Below are positions 13,360 to 26,915 of a stretch of DNA of 64,000 bases, in pieces (the first letter of the stretch is position 1; each line of letters begins with the position of its first letter). The notes below the pieces were generated by a model. That model searched no databases and was not told the origin of the DNA. It saw only the letters and a program-made list of their open reading frames with translations. Both the position numbers and the translations under genes were made by a program. This DNA is from Bilabrum cf. latius (Eukaryota). The stretch lies in contig OZ237765.1 in NCBI GenBank assembly GCA_965178125.1, positions 558,001-622,000 of the forward strand, given 5' to 3'.

Positions 13360-13748
13360 GGCGTGAAATCGGCGGCTGGTCCCCTACCAATCAAGCAAGT
13401 CAGCCCACACGGGGCGATGTGCGAGTTGTTGCCTGCGTGGTCAATGCAGACTTTTACTGCGCCAAGAATCGTTTCCAGCAGGTATATTTTTGACAATCTA
13501 GGCCAAATAGGAGGATTGATACAGATTGAGTTGTCGCAAAACGGTCGGAGAGATCTCCCATTTCGCACGGGGCGAACACTAGACAAAAAGTTCGTTTGAC
13601 ACAACGAACCTTCGATTTCTGCATCGAATTTAGGCGCTCCGGTCGGGCGCCGACGGGCGGCCACCGTCACTGCGACATATTCGAAATTGATCGATTTTCA
13701 AACATCGTAAACGGAATTATTTGTCACGCTTTGCAGTACTCTGAGCAA

Positions 13749-16700
13749 TCACCACCCTTCGTCATCTTCATCATCATCGCTGTCACCGATGCCATCGAAA
13801 CGATCACCAGCCGACTCATCATCACTCCATGCATCGCCGTCCTCGCGTGCCCCGTCCTATCCGTCCCCATCGCTTTCCGTGCCTCCCTTTCCTGCCTAGT
13901 TGCTCTCCTCGAGCAAATCACCGCCAGCGTCCACGGCGTAGGCGTGGCGGACGGTGATGTACCGTGCCTCCAGCTCGGTTTTCAGCTCCGGGTCCGCGTC
14001 CTCCCACGCCTCCGACCCATGGATTGACCGCCACTCTCGGAGAATAACCGCCACACAGCCCTCCTTCAGGTCCTCGCACCGGTGCGCGTCCGCGAACGCC
14101 AGCAGCCACAGGGCGTTATCCGCGTCGATGCACCGGATCAGCACACCCTCGCACATGCGCGCCAGCCTGGGCTCGCTGTAGGCCTGGGCGGCCTGCAGTA
14201 GGCTGACGGCTTGCTCGGGCCCGAGGTCCGGCCGGATGGAGTCGGTGTATATGAACTCCAGGAAGAGCCCCAGCGTCTCTGCCTCCAGGTCTGGCACAGC
14301 GATGACTCGGCTCCGGCTCTCATCCATCCCGCTCTGCAGCATAGCGCGGAAGTGGGTGGAGCGGCCCGCGAGCATCCAAGCATGCGCGGAGAACAGGGTG
14401 CCTTCCTGTGACTGGACCTCGATATCGGAGCAAGGGCCGCGCCACCGGGACGAAGGTGAAGCCGAAGACGAAGGTGAAGGTGAAGCCGAAGACGAAGCCG
14501 AAGGTGAAGCCGAAGCCGAAGGTGAAGATGGAGATCCAAGGGTCAAGCCCGATGCGGCACCTTCCCCCGTAGCTCGCGCTCCTGCCTAGTACGAGGATGG
14601 TCCCAATGCTCCACGTAGCAGGCGCACCATGTCACTCGTCACACGGCCATCGTCCCAGGTCCCCATCTGCAGAGGATCCGTGCGGACCATCTTGATGGGC
14701 CACGAGAGCGGCTTGTCGCTGGGGCTGGGCAGCCTGCTGCCACCTGCACTGGTCCCTGCCCCTGCACTGGCACTGGCACTAGCACTTGTACTATTTTCGA
14801 TGATGCCTCCGGGCTCTTCACCAGAGGGCTGCCCACTCATCAAACCATCGTGTCGAACAAGATCCTGCATCCCAACAGGACGGTACCACGAAGAAATGGT
14901 CGCGGTTGCCGTCTGGAGCTTGTCCTGCCTGCAGCGCAAGATCCAGCCTCCCGCCCGCTGCAACTCGATGGTCCACATGGACGTGTCATTCTCGCTGTCG
15001 TAGACTTCTCTGCCGAACGAGTCGGTGAAACGAGCCTGCAGGCGCACGTAGGGACGCGTCAAGCGCTTCGAATCATCCCACTCGGCGCCATCCAGGAGCA
15101 GCCCGTCCTGATACTCAGTGGCATCTTCCTCGTCAATGCCCGTCTGCATTGAGGATTGCACTGCCCCCGCCACCGCTTTGCTCGCTGGCCCACTGGACCC
15201 AACGGTCATGCCCCCCCTCGACTCCCCTCTCGATCTAGCGCCTGTCGTCATTGAGGCAAATGCGCTGACATTCGTGGGCATCAGCGCGTCGAATAACTTG
15301 CATCCTAGGTTACAGGCCGCCACCTGCCGCACGGCCCACTGAACGGCACTCTCACCCTCCTTCAAGGCAGAGGTGTGCAGAGGTCCGGCGCATGAGGGGT
15401 TACCGATGCTGCTGAGAGGTCCAGCGAACCTGCTAATCAGCGCTCTCGTATCCTCCTCGAGTGTCATGTCGGTGTTGCCTTGAATGATACCCCATACGGT
15501 CCCCTTGATGCTGTCCTTGAGCTCTCGTTCGATCCTAGTGCAGGCATCGGGGGCCAGTCGGCGCGCTGCGGCGGCGGCCAGGCCAGCCATCTCGCCGACA
15601 TCTCCGTGCACCTGGTAGCGACCAGCAAACGCATGCATCCCAAAATGAGTGGTCGAACCATCTCCAACAGGAGCTTTTAGTGCGTGATCGGGCTGGCTGC
15701 AACGGAGCCAAGCATCGAGAAGAGTAGAGTATCCTGGCCAAGTCATGCAAGGGATTTCCTCCTCGCCGTCGACAGGGCAACCGATAAAGCCTCCGATCAT
15801 GTGCGTGTCTTCGTACGTTGCTGGTTCATTGACACGATCATCGCGTGATAAAGCAGGCGGCCGAGTCTTGAGGCTCCTCACGTGGCCATCGGGCAGCATA
15901 TGGATGTCACGCGCGGCCTGGTCTAAATCGCCAGTCTTGCCAGTCTTGCCAGTCGCACCAGTCGCACCAGTCGCACCAGTCGCTGCCGGTTTCCCTCTTT
16001 GAAATAGGTCTAGATCAGCCACGCTATCGTCGTCACTGTCACTACTGGCATCCATCGAGCCGCAGTCACCGAGATCGTCCCAGGTAGTCGCGTACTTCGA
16101 CAGGTGGCCCTTGGTCGGTGACTCTTTCTCACGACTATGTGCATTGGAGGGGTGCAAGTCGGCAGCTACTCGGCGTGCAGCTCTTGCCACTACCCAACCG
16201 ACCACGCCCACCAGGCATTCTCGCATGTCTGCAGTGGGCACTGGACCAGCAGCACTGATATGATGCGCCACCGCGGGAATAACCGGCATACCCGTCGCTG
16301 ATGTGACATCATGCATGGCCTGTTTGGCCAGCTATGAACCAGCTGCAGAGCCGGGCGAATCCGACCCAGCCAGCAAGTGCACAACGCTGCGGTGTAGCTC
16401 ATTGCCGCAGAAATACGCGGCTATCGCCAGCCTAGTCGCGAGGTGCGATTCCCTCACTCGCAGCACCTCACTGGGGGACAGCTCGTGAGCGCATGCCGCC
16501 ACGTGGATGCCCTCCTCGCTGAGATGGCCGATCTAGTCATGGCCAAGCGAGGATGCAGCAACGTATCGCGCCGGGCAGAATTGCGGTACGCGGCTCCGTG
16601 ACTCAGTCACATCGTCTTCAGAGACAGAGGCGACAGGCGCGTGATCACCAGCTGGTGCTGATTGCGATGCAAGCGCAGCGACCGGCTTCGGATCGGGTAC

Positions 16701-19700
16701 AACAATTGCGGCAGCCCGTTCCACGCCGATCAGCGCCTGCTCGATCGATCGCAGCTCCTTTTCAAATCGTTGAAAGGCCTCACGGACCCCCACTTCGGCT
16801 TGCGCACCCAACAACTCTGGCCGTCCTGATGTCACATGCAACGGAGTCGCTAGAGGCGGGACAGGACACATAGCCACATGGAAAGGCTCGCCAGGCAGCT
16901 CTGCCTGCCCACCGCGCGCCGCCCTCCCAGCAATCAGCGTGACATCACCTCGATCGTCCATGTCGAGTGATACGCAGGATACCTGCAAAGAGGAGCGTGG
17001 CCCGTCGTCGAACTGCCCTTCGCCTGCACCATTCGCAAGGCACATGGTAGAGTCGCCGATCTGTACCATGCCCGCCACAGAGCGCCACAGCAAAATGCCG
17101 CGCTGACCGCGGTCTGACGGCTCCAGCTAGCGCCATTCTAGCCCGAGAGGGGCACCGTTCGCCAGCCGCCCACCACCACCAACAGAGCCTGCACCGGATC
17201 CAGACGCAGCACCCGCAGCGTTCCCCCCGCCTGGTGGGCTGGAACCATCCTCCCTATCCCTCTCTGTGTCATCTGCAGGCACAAGCGCTGCCATGATCTG
17301 AGTGCCGTGTCTGCTAATGGCACCGCCCACCACGATCCACGGGTCAGCAGTTGAGCAGGCCGGCCGAAGAGTCACCACTTTGGACTCATCCGTGGCACGA
17401 AGCAGGCCACGGTTCCGAATGATGGGCTTAGACCACGAGGCTGACAGCTCGAAAGACATGATGAAGTCGCTTGGTCCGGGGCCAGTCCGAACAGGAGTGT
17501 ACACCGACTCGATGGACAGGCACCACGCGCCCTCAGGCTCGAGGCCGTGCCGGTCCACATCAACCCCGCCGATGTGATACAGGTGCTGATTGAATCGAAT
17601 GCAAGCAGGATCACTGCCACTTGATGGTGCAATACTTCCGGCGGATGCTGAAGGTCCAGCTGCGCTCGTAGATTTAGAACTCGTCGCACTTTCTGTGTCT
17701 CGTTTCGATTCGCTCTTGTCAACCCGCACGTCCAGGGCAGCCAGCCGTCCAGCCGATCTGGCCCGTGCTTCCAGCAGCATCCGATAGTGGCGAGCCAGCC
17801 GCGACCGCGAACTTGTCTTTTCGCTGCGCTTGCCCTACCCCTTGTCTCTGCTCTTGGGGGCATCACCACCCGCTGGCGAGTCAGTTGGCATCTCCAATGA
17901 CTGGGATCCAGCCATCTCAAAGTACGGGTCGAGCCAACCTCGCCTAGTGTTGGCCGAGAATGCCAGCTCCACCGCCGCCTACACATCCTCAGGACATGCC
18001 TCGGCAGAAGCAAGCCCGTCTGCAATGGCACGCTACAAACCAGGGACATCGATCAGGTTTGCCAAGGAGCCACCTATGCTCCTCGGCGGCGCATCACCGG
18101 TGGGCCTGATGAGGTGCCACCTGTGCTCGTGCGTGTCAAGTACTGCCACCACCATGCTCACCCTGCCTTGCTTGATCTTCCCACCGTGCTGCGGGCCCGC
18201 ATTTTGTACCGGGTGATGCTCAGAGAGTCCAGTGTCCCACGCGACAGATGCCAGGAACCGAGGACACAGTTCCGACCACCATGGGTGGCTGTGAGGCGCG
18301 TCGCAGGGCCGTACAGATGGCAGTCCGTGGAGGGTGCACTGCACTGGTAACCGCTGGTAATTTGGGTTCATGGTCCCCAGAATGGCTTGGCCCTGCATGG
18401 GCACGTAGTCGATCGACCCGGTGCGCGGGTCCATGACAAGCGGGTGCGACAGCGGCAGGCTGCCTGTCTTAATACCCCTGCCGCCCACCACCGCCACAGC
18501 GCAACCCTGCCTTCCAAAGGGTACCATGGCAGCTCCGTTGGTGTGCGGGATGTGGCAGGAACCGATTGTTAAGCTGCTCCTGGAGCGAATCGTCGATCCG
18601 TCAGGCCGAGATGCCAGGGGCAGTGCAGACCCGTGCATGCTCCGCAGTGCACGAATCACCTTCCGTCTGCTTTCGTGCGCGGCCCCTAGAGGCAGCATGG
18701 CCAGGATAGACAGTTCCCTGGCCAGTGTCGCCAGGCAAGCCTCGTCTACGCCCCGGCTACCCGACCCGGGCACAGGCATGTTCTCTCGCCGCCATGCGCC
18801 AGCTGCCACCTCAATGGCATGGCGCAGTGCTGGCGGCAGCCGATTCAAATCTCCGAACATGCCTGGGTCTATGCCAAGGCGGCGCAGAACGGCCGGGATC
18901 AACACGTCCTCACTCACGTCAAGCGAGCCTTCTTCAGCTCTCCTCTCCGCCCCGGAACACTCCTCGACGAGGTCTCTGTGCTTCAGATACCAGTCAGTCT
19001 CCCAGTCAGGAGAGCGCGGGTCCATGCCCAGGGATGTATCAAGCCCGCCCTTCTTTCCGGTAGCCATATCGTCCAGGGTGCGCGAGACGTCGATTGCCGG
19101 CTTTGCCGACGCTGCAGATGCGGAAGCGCCTTCGTCCCCTTTCGACTTTCCTGGTGATCTTGTCATCAACTCAGGCTCCGCCTGGAGCAGTTTCGAGAAC
19201 CACGCTTCCCATGCGTCACAGAACACGCCATTCTTCTCTAGCCAGCGCTGCGACGGGGATTCGCCCTCGTCGTCGAGGGCATGGCCCGAGCCCATGATCC
19301 ATGGGGCCGCCTGGCTGCTGGCCAGCTTGAGGTCGAGAGGCACGGGTACAGACTCCAAGTCACGATACCTGCCCGCTTCGCCGAGAAATTCATCGACTAT
19401 TAAGTTCAAGTCGGCGCCTGCAGCCGTTGCGCAAAGCGTAGTCGATGATGCAGCACAGTCAGCCTACAGCACTTCTGGGAGTCTAGCAGCATACCGCGCG
19501 CTCGCTATACGCAGTGCGGTGCACCCATGCGCCCTTGCTACAGCGTACAACGCAACACAAGTGCCCGGACAAAGCCACTTGGCTGCTAGTAGCTGGCACT
19601 GCTCAACCATGCCGTCGAGCCCGAGAAAACGCGCTGCTTTCAATGCCTCGTGCAAAGCTGCGATGGCTTCTACACGGAAACTCGCACCGGCGGTTGCTTG

Positions 19701-22700
19701 AATCTTGCTACCGCGTACGGTTGAAAGCCCACTATCCCAACGCGATGCATCGCTCGGCTGTGCAAAAGCTGAAGCAGCTCCATCCCGAGGACCTACATCG
19801 TCCAATAGAGAAGCAACGGCTGCATCTACGGCTGCACTGCCACTGCCACTAGCCGCTGCCGCATCGCTCCGTTTTCCTGATTCACCATAAATTTCACTAG
19901 GCGTGGCATTTCGCAGGGTCCATTCCTTCAGGCGGCCCTCCGGAAGTGCCACGACCTGCCTATCAGGGCCGTAAAGCACCTCGCAACTGGGCTCCACCTG
20001 CACCAAGTGGACCGACGAATGCAACCCACCGGTAGATTCGCCTGCTACAAGAGGAGCGTGGGCTTGTTTCTAATCGGAAACGATACTTCTGGCCAGGTCA
20101 CGCATCGAGGACCCAGTCGATTCCGGGTCTGACAGCGCGCGCCTGTAGGCAACTGCAGCGGCATCTGCTTCCTGCCTCACAGTGTCAAGGTCGAGCCGAG
20201 GGGCGCCTGCTTCATCACAATAGCAAAGGCACTGCAGGTGCATCGGAAGCGAATCGGCTGCATGTGTGCCTCCTCTTGAGCACAGAGTGGGGTTTGCCTT
20301 TTGCAGTATCACAGTGTCTGTGTAGCAGTACAGAAGAGCGGCCGAGAGGCCACACGATGAGAGCCCTGCCCCTGCCGGCAGAGTCAGTATGCCACGGCGG
20401 GAATCCCTGCCACCCGAGGCCTTTGATACATTTTCCTCATCTTCATCTTCATCATCGCACATGGAAGCAGACCCGCCACCGCCCGTGCCCGAGTCCCGTG
20501 GAGGTGCAAGCATGCCCCCGTGGTCGAGGAGGGCGCCTAGGACAGGCGATCGAGCCCACAGCATGCATGCATGGCAGGAAAACTCCGCGCCGTCTATGCC
20601 CCCAGATGCGCTGCTACCGCCAGACTTGGCGGCTCCCGGAGCTTCAGGTAGCAGGACAAGCCGCACATCAGCCATGTCAAGCGCAGCGCCGTGAGAGCTG
20701 TGTACCTGCCTGTGGTACACTGCGCCAGTTGTCAGATCCGTTCCGTCCGCTGGAGATGCAAGTGCGTCGCCGGATTGCGCGGCTGAAGTGCTGCTCGAAC
20801 CAGCGGGGCTTGCAGTTGACGGGCTAGCCGGGGCGGAGGTCGACCTGACTTTGGCAGCAGCCTGCACCGACTTGTGGCTGATGCCCTCCTTGGCCATCGG
20901 CACGAAAGCGAGGGGGTCATGGGAACTGCTGCGCTCGTACGGTTTCCTGCATATCATCTCCGCGCCGTGTCGCACCCAGTGCGCAGAGGGCCTGCGCCAG
21001 TGATTGGTGGCAGGTGCCTCGTCATCTTCGGACTTGGCCTCGTCAGGCGCTTCAGCCCTGCTGCTCTCTCCCATGGAATCCACCCCATCTTCCTCCATTT
21101 GCGCCTGCGGGACGTAGTCAGCGCCTGGTGCCGTACCAGACTCGCTCCAAGTAGCAGATGCAGCAGCAGTTGCGCCCCTACCTGCTACGATGGGCTGGCT
21201 GGGGTACGTCCTTTGGCTAATTTTAACCATTTCCAGCGGTTGGTCGTCATTGTAGTTGCTCGCAAGGACGGTGACTTCCCCCGGGGTGTGAATGGCTCCC
21301 CGCAGGCTCTGCCCAAATAGACCGGGGCTGGAGACGTCGGGCCACAGCTCAACCGACGCGAGGTGCTCGCCCGTGCTCGTGTCAAAGTACCTGAGCTTGT
21401 CGTCGTTGGAGGTCAGTGTGGCGATCACAGCACCTCCATTGCAGAAGTACGACCGGGTGTACCCCCCTGCGCTGTAGCAGTTGTCCAGCGTGTAGAGTCT
21501 CCTGCCATCCAGCGTGCTGTGGAGGTTGACCTCGCCGTCCTGGGCCGAGGTAAGCATGTACTGGTCGTCGGGAGAAAAAGCTATCAGTACGTTCTTTGAC
21601 CTGCTCGCGCACGTGTAGATGGGAGCAGAAGAGCCCACTCGCATGTCCCATACCTTCACGGCCCTATCGAAGGAACAGGTAGCGAGGAGGTGCGGGGTCT
21701 CGTTGGCGAACCGAGCAATGTTGATGCTCTTCTCATGGATGTCCTTGAAGTTGAGGACCCTTTTCCCCGTTGCCAGGTCAAAGATGGGCACGGATGTGTG
21801 GTACCCGCTCGCCATGAACGCCTGGTCCTCGCTGTTGATGTGCACCGAGGTCATCCGGTCGAACCTCCCTGTCTCCGTGCTCACCAGGTGGCAGCCGATT
21901 TCCGGCTCCGGATTGCCAATCCCGGCGCCGGGACTATTGCCACCAGCAGCAGCATCGCCAGCACCTGCGGTTCCTGCCCCCGCCGCCCACCCAGCGAAGT
22001 GCCCCAGGGCACCCACCAGTGCCTCCTAAGCCTGGCCGATGGCCCCTTCGCTGGGGCACCCGGCGCGCTCCCGCTCCCGAGCGTCCCGAGCTGTTCCCCG
22101 GGCCCTAGCGCCAGCACCGGCCTTGGAAGCGGCTGGCAGGGCTTCGTGCCAGGATCGGCCAGAGGGTGCAGCGCACGGCAGCGCACCTCGGGAGCCCCAC
22201 GGCCCGTCGTGGCCCCGCAGAGCCTGCCAGGTCATTTCGCGGACGACGCAGCCGCCGCCATCCAGCATTCCCCTTGACGTGTGCAGCAAGCCTCCCTTTG
22301 GGATGCGCGGCACCCGGGCTGGGGGTGCCGGGCGACCGGAGGGCAATGTCAGCGGCTGCTCGCTAGGATCATTGGCAGGAACGGACGACTCTGCTGCTCC
22401 TGGTGCTGCTGCTTGACTTTCTATAGAAACTCTACTGGCTTCTCCAGTGATCTTAGTGTCATGGGCTTCATCATCTGTCTCGCCTTTGTTTCCATCTGAC
22501 GATGGCAGCTTGCCTTCAATTGTGTTCACACGCAGCGAGCCACGGGCCGAGCCGCTCAGGAATCGACGAGGGTCAGACCTAAACCAGCAGAGAGCCAGAA
22601 CCTCATCTGATGATTGAGCTGGATGCTACTGTGCGTCGCCTATTGGACCAACTGGCTGAGTCGGGCGCTCGCCGATCATTCTATTCTGCAAGCCGGCCAA

Positions 22701-22949
22701 TCCCATCCAGTTGGTCCTTGCATCATCCAAAGAGCCCAGTCGCGACGACTGCACGCACGCATGCGGATGCAAAGCTACTACAGAATCACTGGTGTGATCC
22801 AGCACGAGTGCCTCGCCGTTTGACGTACCAACTGCCAGCAGACTTGGATGGAATGGTGAATACTCAAACTGACGGGGGACAAAGCGCCCATGTAGGAGGT
22901 GTTGGTGTGTCCATAGATGTGGTTTTCCGGTAACTGCCCTACTATCCAT
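13749..22949 (-). CDS. ~3,066-aa protein: DHU1-like WD40 (DWD/WDxR) domain + BTB/BACK + kelch-like segment + C-terminal BTB/BACK; at least 13 in-frame TAG
   Basis: I translated the gaps by hand: eight successive minus-strand ORFs (22949 to 13896) share one frame, and only TAG occurs until TGA at 13749-13751. Motifs PRQFEYSP, VLALCW, LTSVH-like MTSVHINS, SFDRAVKVWDMR, YTRSYF, QSLRG; BTB HACMLWARSPVL...LLYCYTD and HAWMLAGRSTHFRAML...FLEFIYTD; acidic tail. Confidence 0.8.
14452..14528 (-). repeat. Coding minisatellite encoding a Ser/Pro/Ala linker (SPSASASPSASSS...)
   Basis: Repeated GAAGGT/GAAGCC/GAAGAC hexamers on the + strand, just before the C-terminal BTB domain. Confidence 0.7.
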
Positions 22950-23424
22950 CTACTAAGCAGCTATATCGGGCCTGAAAGTATAAATGCAGCGTGATTGGGT
23001 CTGTGCCATTGGTATACTACTAGTTCCGGGATAAGAGCTCCAAGACCAGTGATAGCGTGCCAATACTGGTATACGATCCGCGCACCACGAACGCGAAGAA
23101 GCGAGCATCACGAGTGGAATCCGAGAAGAAAGGAGAACAGAGGAAAATTTCGAGGCTTACCGGAATCAATGGGGAGTTACTGTTAAGCCAGCTTGTCAGG
23201 ATGCCAGCTAAGCCTCAGGACAAACAAGTCAGAGGCCGGCGACAAACTGCAAGCAGACCTTAAAGTGACACACGCGACAGCTAGCCTGCAAAACAGTAAT
23301 AATGGTACCGTATCCGAGGGACTTAAAAATTGCAATTATGATACTGTTGAAATAGCGCCCACGGCGTGGTCTCCCTCCGTTAAGAATTCTCTCCTTGGGC
23401 GCGGACCTCGCGATCGGCATGAAC

Positions 23425-25299
23425 ACTGAGCGGCGCGAGCTGCACCAGCATCTCTGCATTGTGCTGTTTGGTTTTGCTTGTGTGGCGCTCGCTGCCTGGG
23501 CTCCCTTCGTTGACCTTGTCCGCCTTGGGCGTGGGTCAGCGGGGAGGACTGAGCGGCGCGAGCTGCACTAGCATCTCTGCATTTGTGCTGTTTGGTTTTG
23601 CTTGTGCGGCGCTCGCTGCCTGGGCTTCCTTCGTTGACCTTGTCCGCCTTGGGCGTGGGTCAGCGGGGAGGACTGAGCGGCGCGAGCTGCACCAGCATCT
23701 CTGCATTGTGCTGTTTGGTTTTGCTTGTGCGGCGCTCGCTGCCTGGTCTCCCTTCGTTGACCTTGTCCGCCTTGGGCGTGGGTCAGCGGGGAGGACTGAG
23801 CGGCGCGAGCTGCACCAGCATCTCTGCATTGTGCTGTTTGGTTTTGCTTGTGCGGCGCTCGCTGCCTGGGCTTCCTTCGTTGACCTTGTCCGCCTTGGGC
23901 GTGGGTCAGCGGGGAGGACTGAGCGGCGCGAGCTGCACCAGCATCTCTGCATTGTGCTGTTTGGTTTTGCTTGTGCGGCGCTCGCTGCCTGGGCTTCCTT
24001 CGTTGACCTTGTCCGCCTTGGGCGTGGGTCAGCGGGGAGGACTGAGCGGCGCGAGCTGCACCAGCATCTCTGCATTGTGCTGTTTGGTTTTGCTTGTGCG
24101 GCGCTCGCTGCCTGGGCTTCCTTCGTTGACCTTGTCCGCCTTGGGCGTGGGTCAGCGGGGAGGACTGAGCGGCGCGAGCTGCACCAGCATCTCTGCATTG
24201 TGCTGTTTGGTTTTGCTTGTGCGGCACTCGCTGCCTGGGCTTCCTTCGTTGACCTTGTCCGCCTTGGGCGTGGGTCAGCGGGGAGGACTGAGCGGCGCGA
24301 GCTGCACCAGCATCTCTGCATTTGTGCTGTTTGGGCTGGCTTGTGCGGCGCTCGCTGCCTGGGCTTCCTTCGTTGACCTTGTCCGCCTTGGGCGTGGGTC
24401 AGCGGGGAGGACTGAGCGGCGCGAGCTGCGCCAGCATCTCTGCATTGTGCTGTTTGGTTTTGCTTGTGCGGCGCTCGCTGCCTGGTCTCCCTTCGTTGAC
24501 CTTGTCCGCCTTGGGCGTGGGTCAGCGGGGAGGACTGAGCGGCGCGAGCTGCACCAGCATCTCTGCATTGTGCTGTTTGGTTTTGCTTGTGCGGCGCTCG
24601 CTGCCTGGGCTTCCTTCGTTGACCTTGTCCGCCTTGGGCGTGGGTCAGCGGGGAGGACTGAGCGGCGCGAGCTGCACCAGCATCTCTGCATTGTGCTGTT
24701 TGGTTTTGCTTGTGCGGCGCTCGCTGCCTGGGCTTCCTTCGTTGACCTTGTCCGCCTTGGGCGTGGGTCAGCGGGGAGGACTGAGCGGCGCGAGCTGCAC
24801 CAGCATCTCTGCATTGTGCTGTTTGGTTTTGCTTGTGCGGCGCTTGCTGCCTGGGCTTCCTTCGTTGACCTTGTCCGCCTTGGGCGTGGGTCAGCGGGGA
24901 GGACTGAGCGGCGCGAGCTGCACCAGCATCTCTGCATTTGTGCTGTTTGGTTTTGCTTGTGCGGCGCTCGCTGCCTGGGCTTCCTTCGTTGACCTTGTCC
25001 GCCTTGGGCGTGGGTCAGCGGGGAGGACTGAGCGGCGCGAGCTGCACCAGCATCTCTGCATTGTGCTGTTTGGTTTTGCTTGTGCGGCGCTCGCTGCCTG
25101 GGCTTCCTTCGTTGACCTTGTCCGCCTTGGGCGTGGGTCAGCGGGGAGGACTGAGCGGCGCGAGCTGCACCAGCATCTCTGCATTGTGCTGTTTGGTTTT
25201 GCTTGTGCGGCGCTCGCTGCCTGGGCTTCCTTCGTTGACCTTGTCCGCCTTGGGCGTGGGTCAGCGGGGAGGACTGAGCGGCGCGAGCTGCACCAGCAT
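23425..25299. repeat. Tandem array of a 123-bp unit, 15 full copies plus a 27-bp partial
   Basis: Unit ACTGAGCGGCGCGAGCTGCACCAGCATCTCTGCATTGTGCTG...GGGTCAGCGGGGAGG starts at 23425, 23548, ... 25273; three copies carry one extra T. Confidence 0.95.
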
Positions 25300-26415
25300 G
25301 CATTCTCTGCTCTGTTGTAAAAGGGGAATGGACTGCATGACCCGCTTGATTTTGATTTTGATTTCTATTATTGATATGCATCCTTTTATATTCATGTGGA
25401 GGTGCCATCTTGCATCTGTGGGATTTGGCACCCCACATGGGCCTCTTCCTAGCAATGGATGGACTGGCAATGCCAGGGGCTATTTCTGGGCCAATGGGTG
25501 TCCCTGCGGCGGTTCGATGGGCGAACCACCAAGGGGGGGCCCAGTGTTGTTCCCTGACCAAGTGGTAGGCCGTCCCCAAAGTGGCGTGAATGGTCCGATC
25601 CACCTACCCAGCGGCCAGGGCAACACCAGCCAATACCACAGCGCCACGGAAGGAGGAGAGAAGTAGGAGAATGACGACGACGTGCGACTGATACCGAGAA
25701 CGAGGCGAGGCGAGCAGGAGACGAGAGCGAGGATGAACGGAGCACGGTCACGCGAGCCGGAGGGCAAGCGTGGCCGAGATGAGGGATGATTGCTACTAGT
25801 GACTGTGTCGGACGTAACCAGATAAGCGCCATCATGTGCCATTGGTATACTACTAGTTCCGGGATAAGAGCTCCAAGACCAGTGATAGCGTGCCAATACT
25901 GGTATACGATCCGCGCACCACGAACGCGAAGAAGCGAGCATCACGAGTGGAATCCGAGAAGAAAGGAGAACAGAGGAAAATTTCAAAAAAAATCGATTCT
26001 CATGCGAGACCTCCTCCCCCCATGAAGTCCTGGGGGGCAGGGGGGGGAGACGGGACGAGAGCGAGAGGCCAGCGTGACAGACGCGGTGGGACTTGGGCGC
26101 AGGACATGCGCGAGATACGACGGGCCATCTAGAGGAAACCGACGAGTCAGGCCACCTGACTGCTGCCTTTCGATAGGCTGATAATTGGGAGCAATAGCGA
26201 AGTTATCCGGACGTGGCCCAAGTCTGGGCCAGGCAGCAAGTAAGTAGCAGGTACCCGCGATGACGCAGCGAGCACGAGCGCAGCGGGGTCCAACAATGGG
26301 AACTAACCTCTCCCCTGCCCCCACTACCTATGTAACCAACCCCTTCCACATCTCGCAAAATAGCGAGGCAGATTGTGCATTATCAGCTGACCAGGATCAG
26401 ACGGGGACGAGGGCC

Positions 26416-26915
26416 GAGACGTTGCGGACGGCAACGGAGCAGGGCCAGTAGGACCGTGCAGGAATGGATATCCAGGATTGCACGGACCCGCCGGTGAGGC
26501 AGGGAGCCTCCACCCTTCGTCATCAGCCAGGGTGTGACTACGTAGTCACCCCTGGTGCTTGTACTTCACTGTTCAGCACGGGTTTGCAAGCGGATGGCGT
26601 AGGGGGCCAGGGACTAGGCTTGAGTCCCCGTGGGACCATGATGTGGGAACCAAAACATCATTCAAGAACAGGTTCCGGTGACCCGGGTCTGACTCCGTTA
26701 GGAGAAGCTGTCGTCGAGTCGTTGCGGAGGGCAACGGAACAGGGCCAGTAGGACCGTGCAGGAATGGCCATCCAGGATCGCACGGAGCTGCTGGTGAGGC
26801 AGGGAGCCTCCATCCTTCGTCATCAGCCAGGGTGTGACTCCGTGGTCACCCCTGGTGCTTGTACTTCACTGTTCAGCACGGGTTTGCAAGCGGATGGCGT
26901 AGGGGGCCAGGGACT
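26416..26915 (+). repeat. Imperfect ~200-bp direct duplication with 300-bp spacing inside the element
   Basis: 26416-26615 resembles 26716-26915 (GGGCCAGTAGGACCGTGCAGGAATGG...GTAGGGGGCCAGGGACT). Confidence 0.85.

Noticed and set aside
23425-25299. CRISPR array
   Set aside because: Whole 123-bp units are near-identical with no unique spacers; eukaryotic context and no cas genes.
23459-25666. Long repetitive ORFs on both strands over the satellite
   Set aside because: By-product of a unit length divisible by 3; broken by +1 T variants; no recognisable protein.
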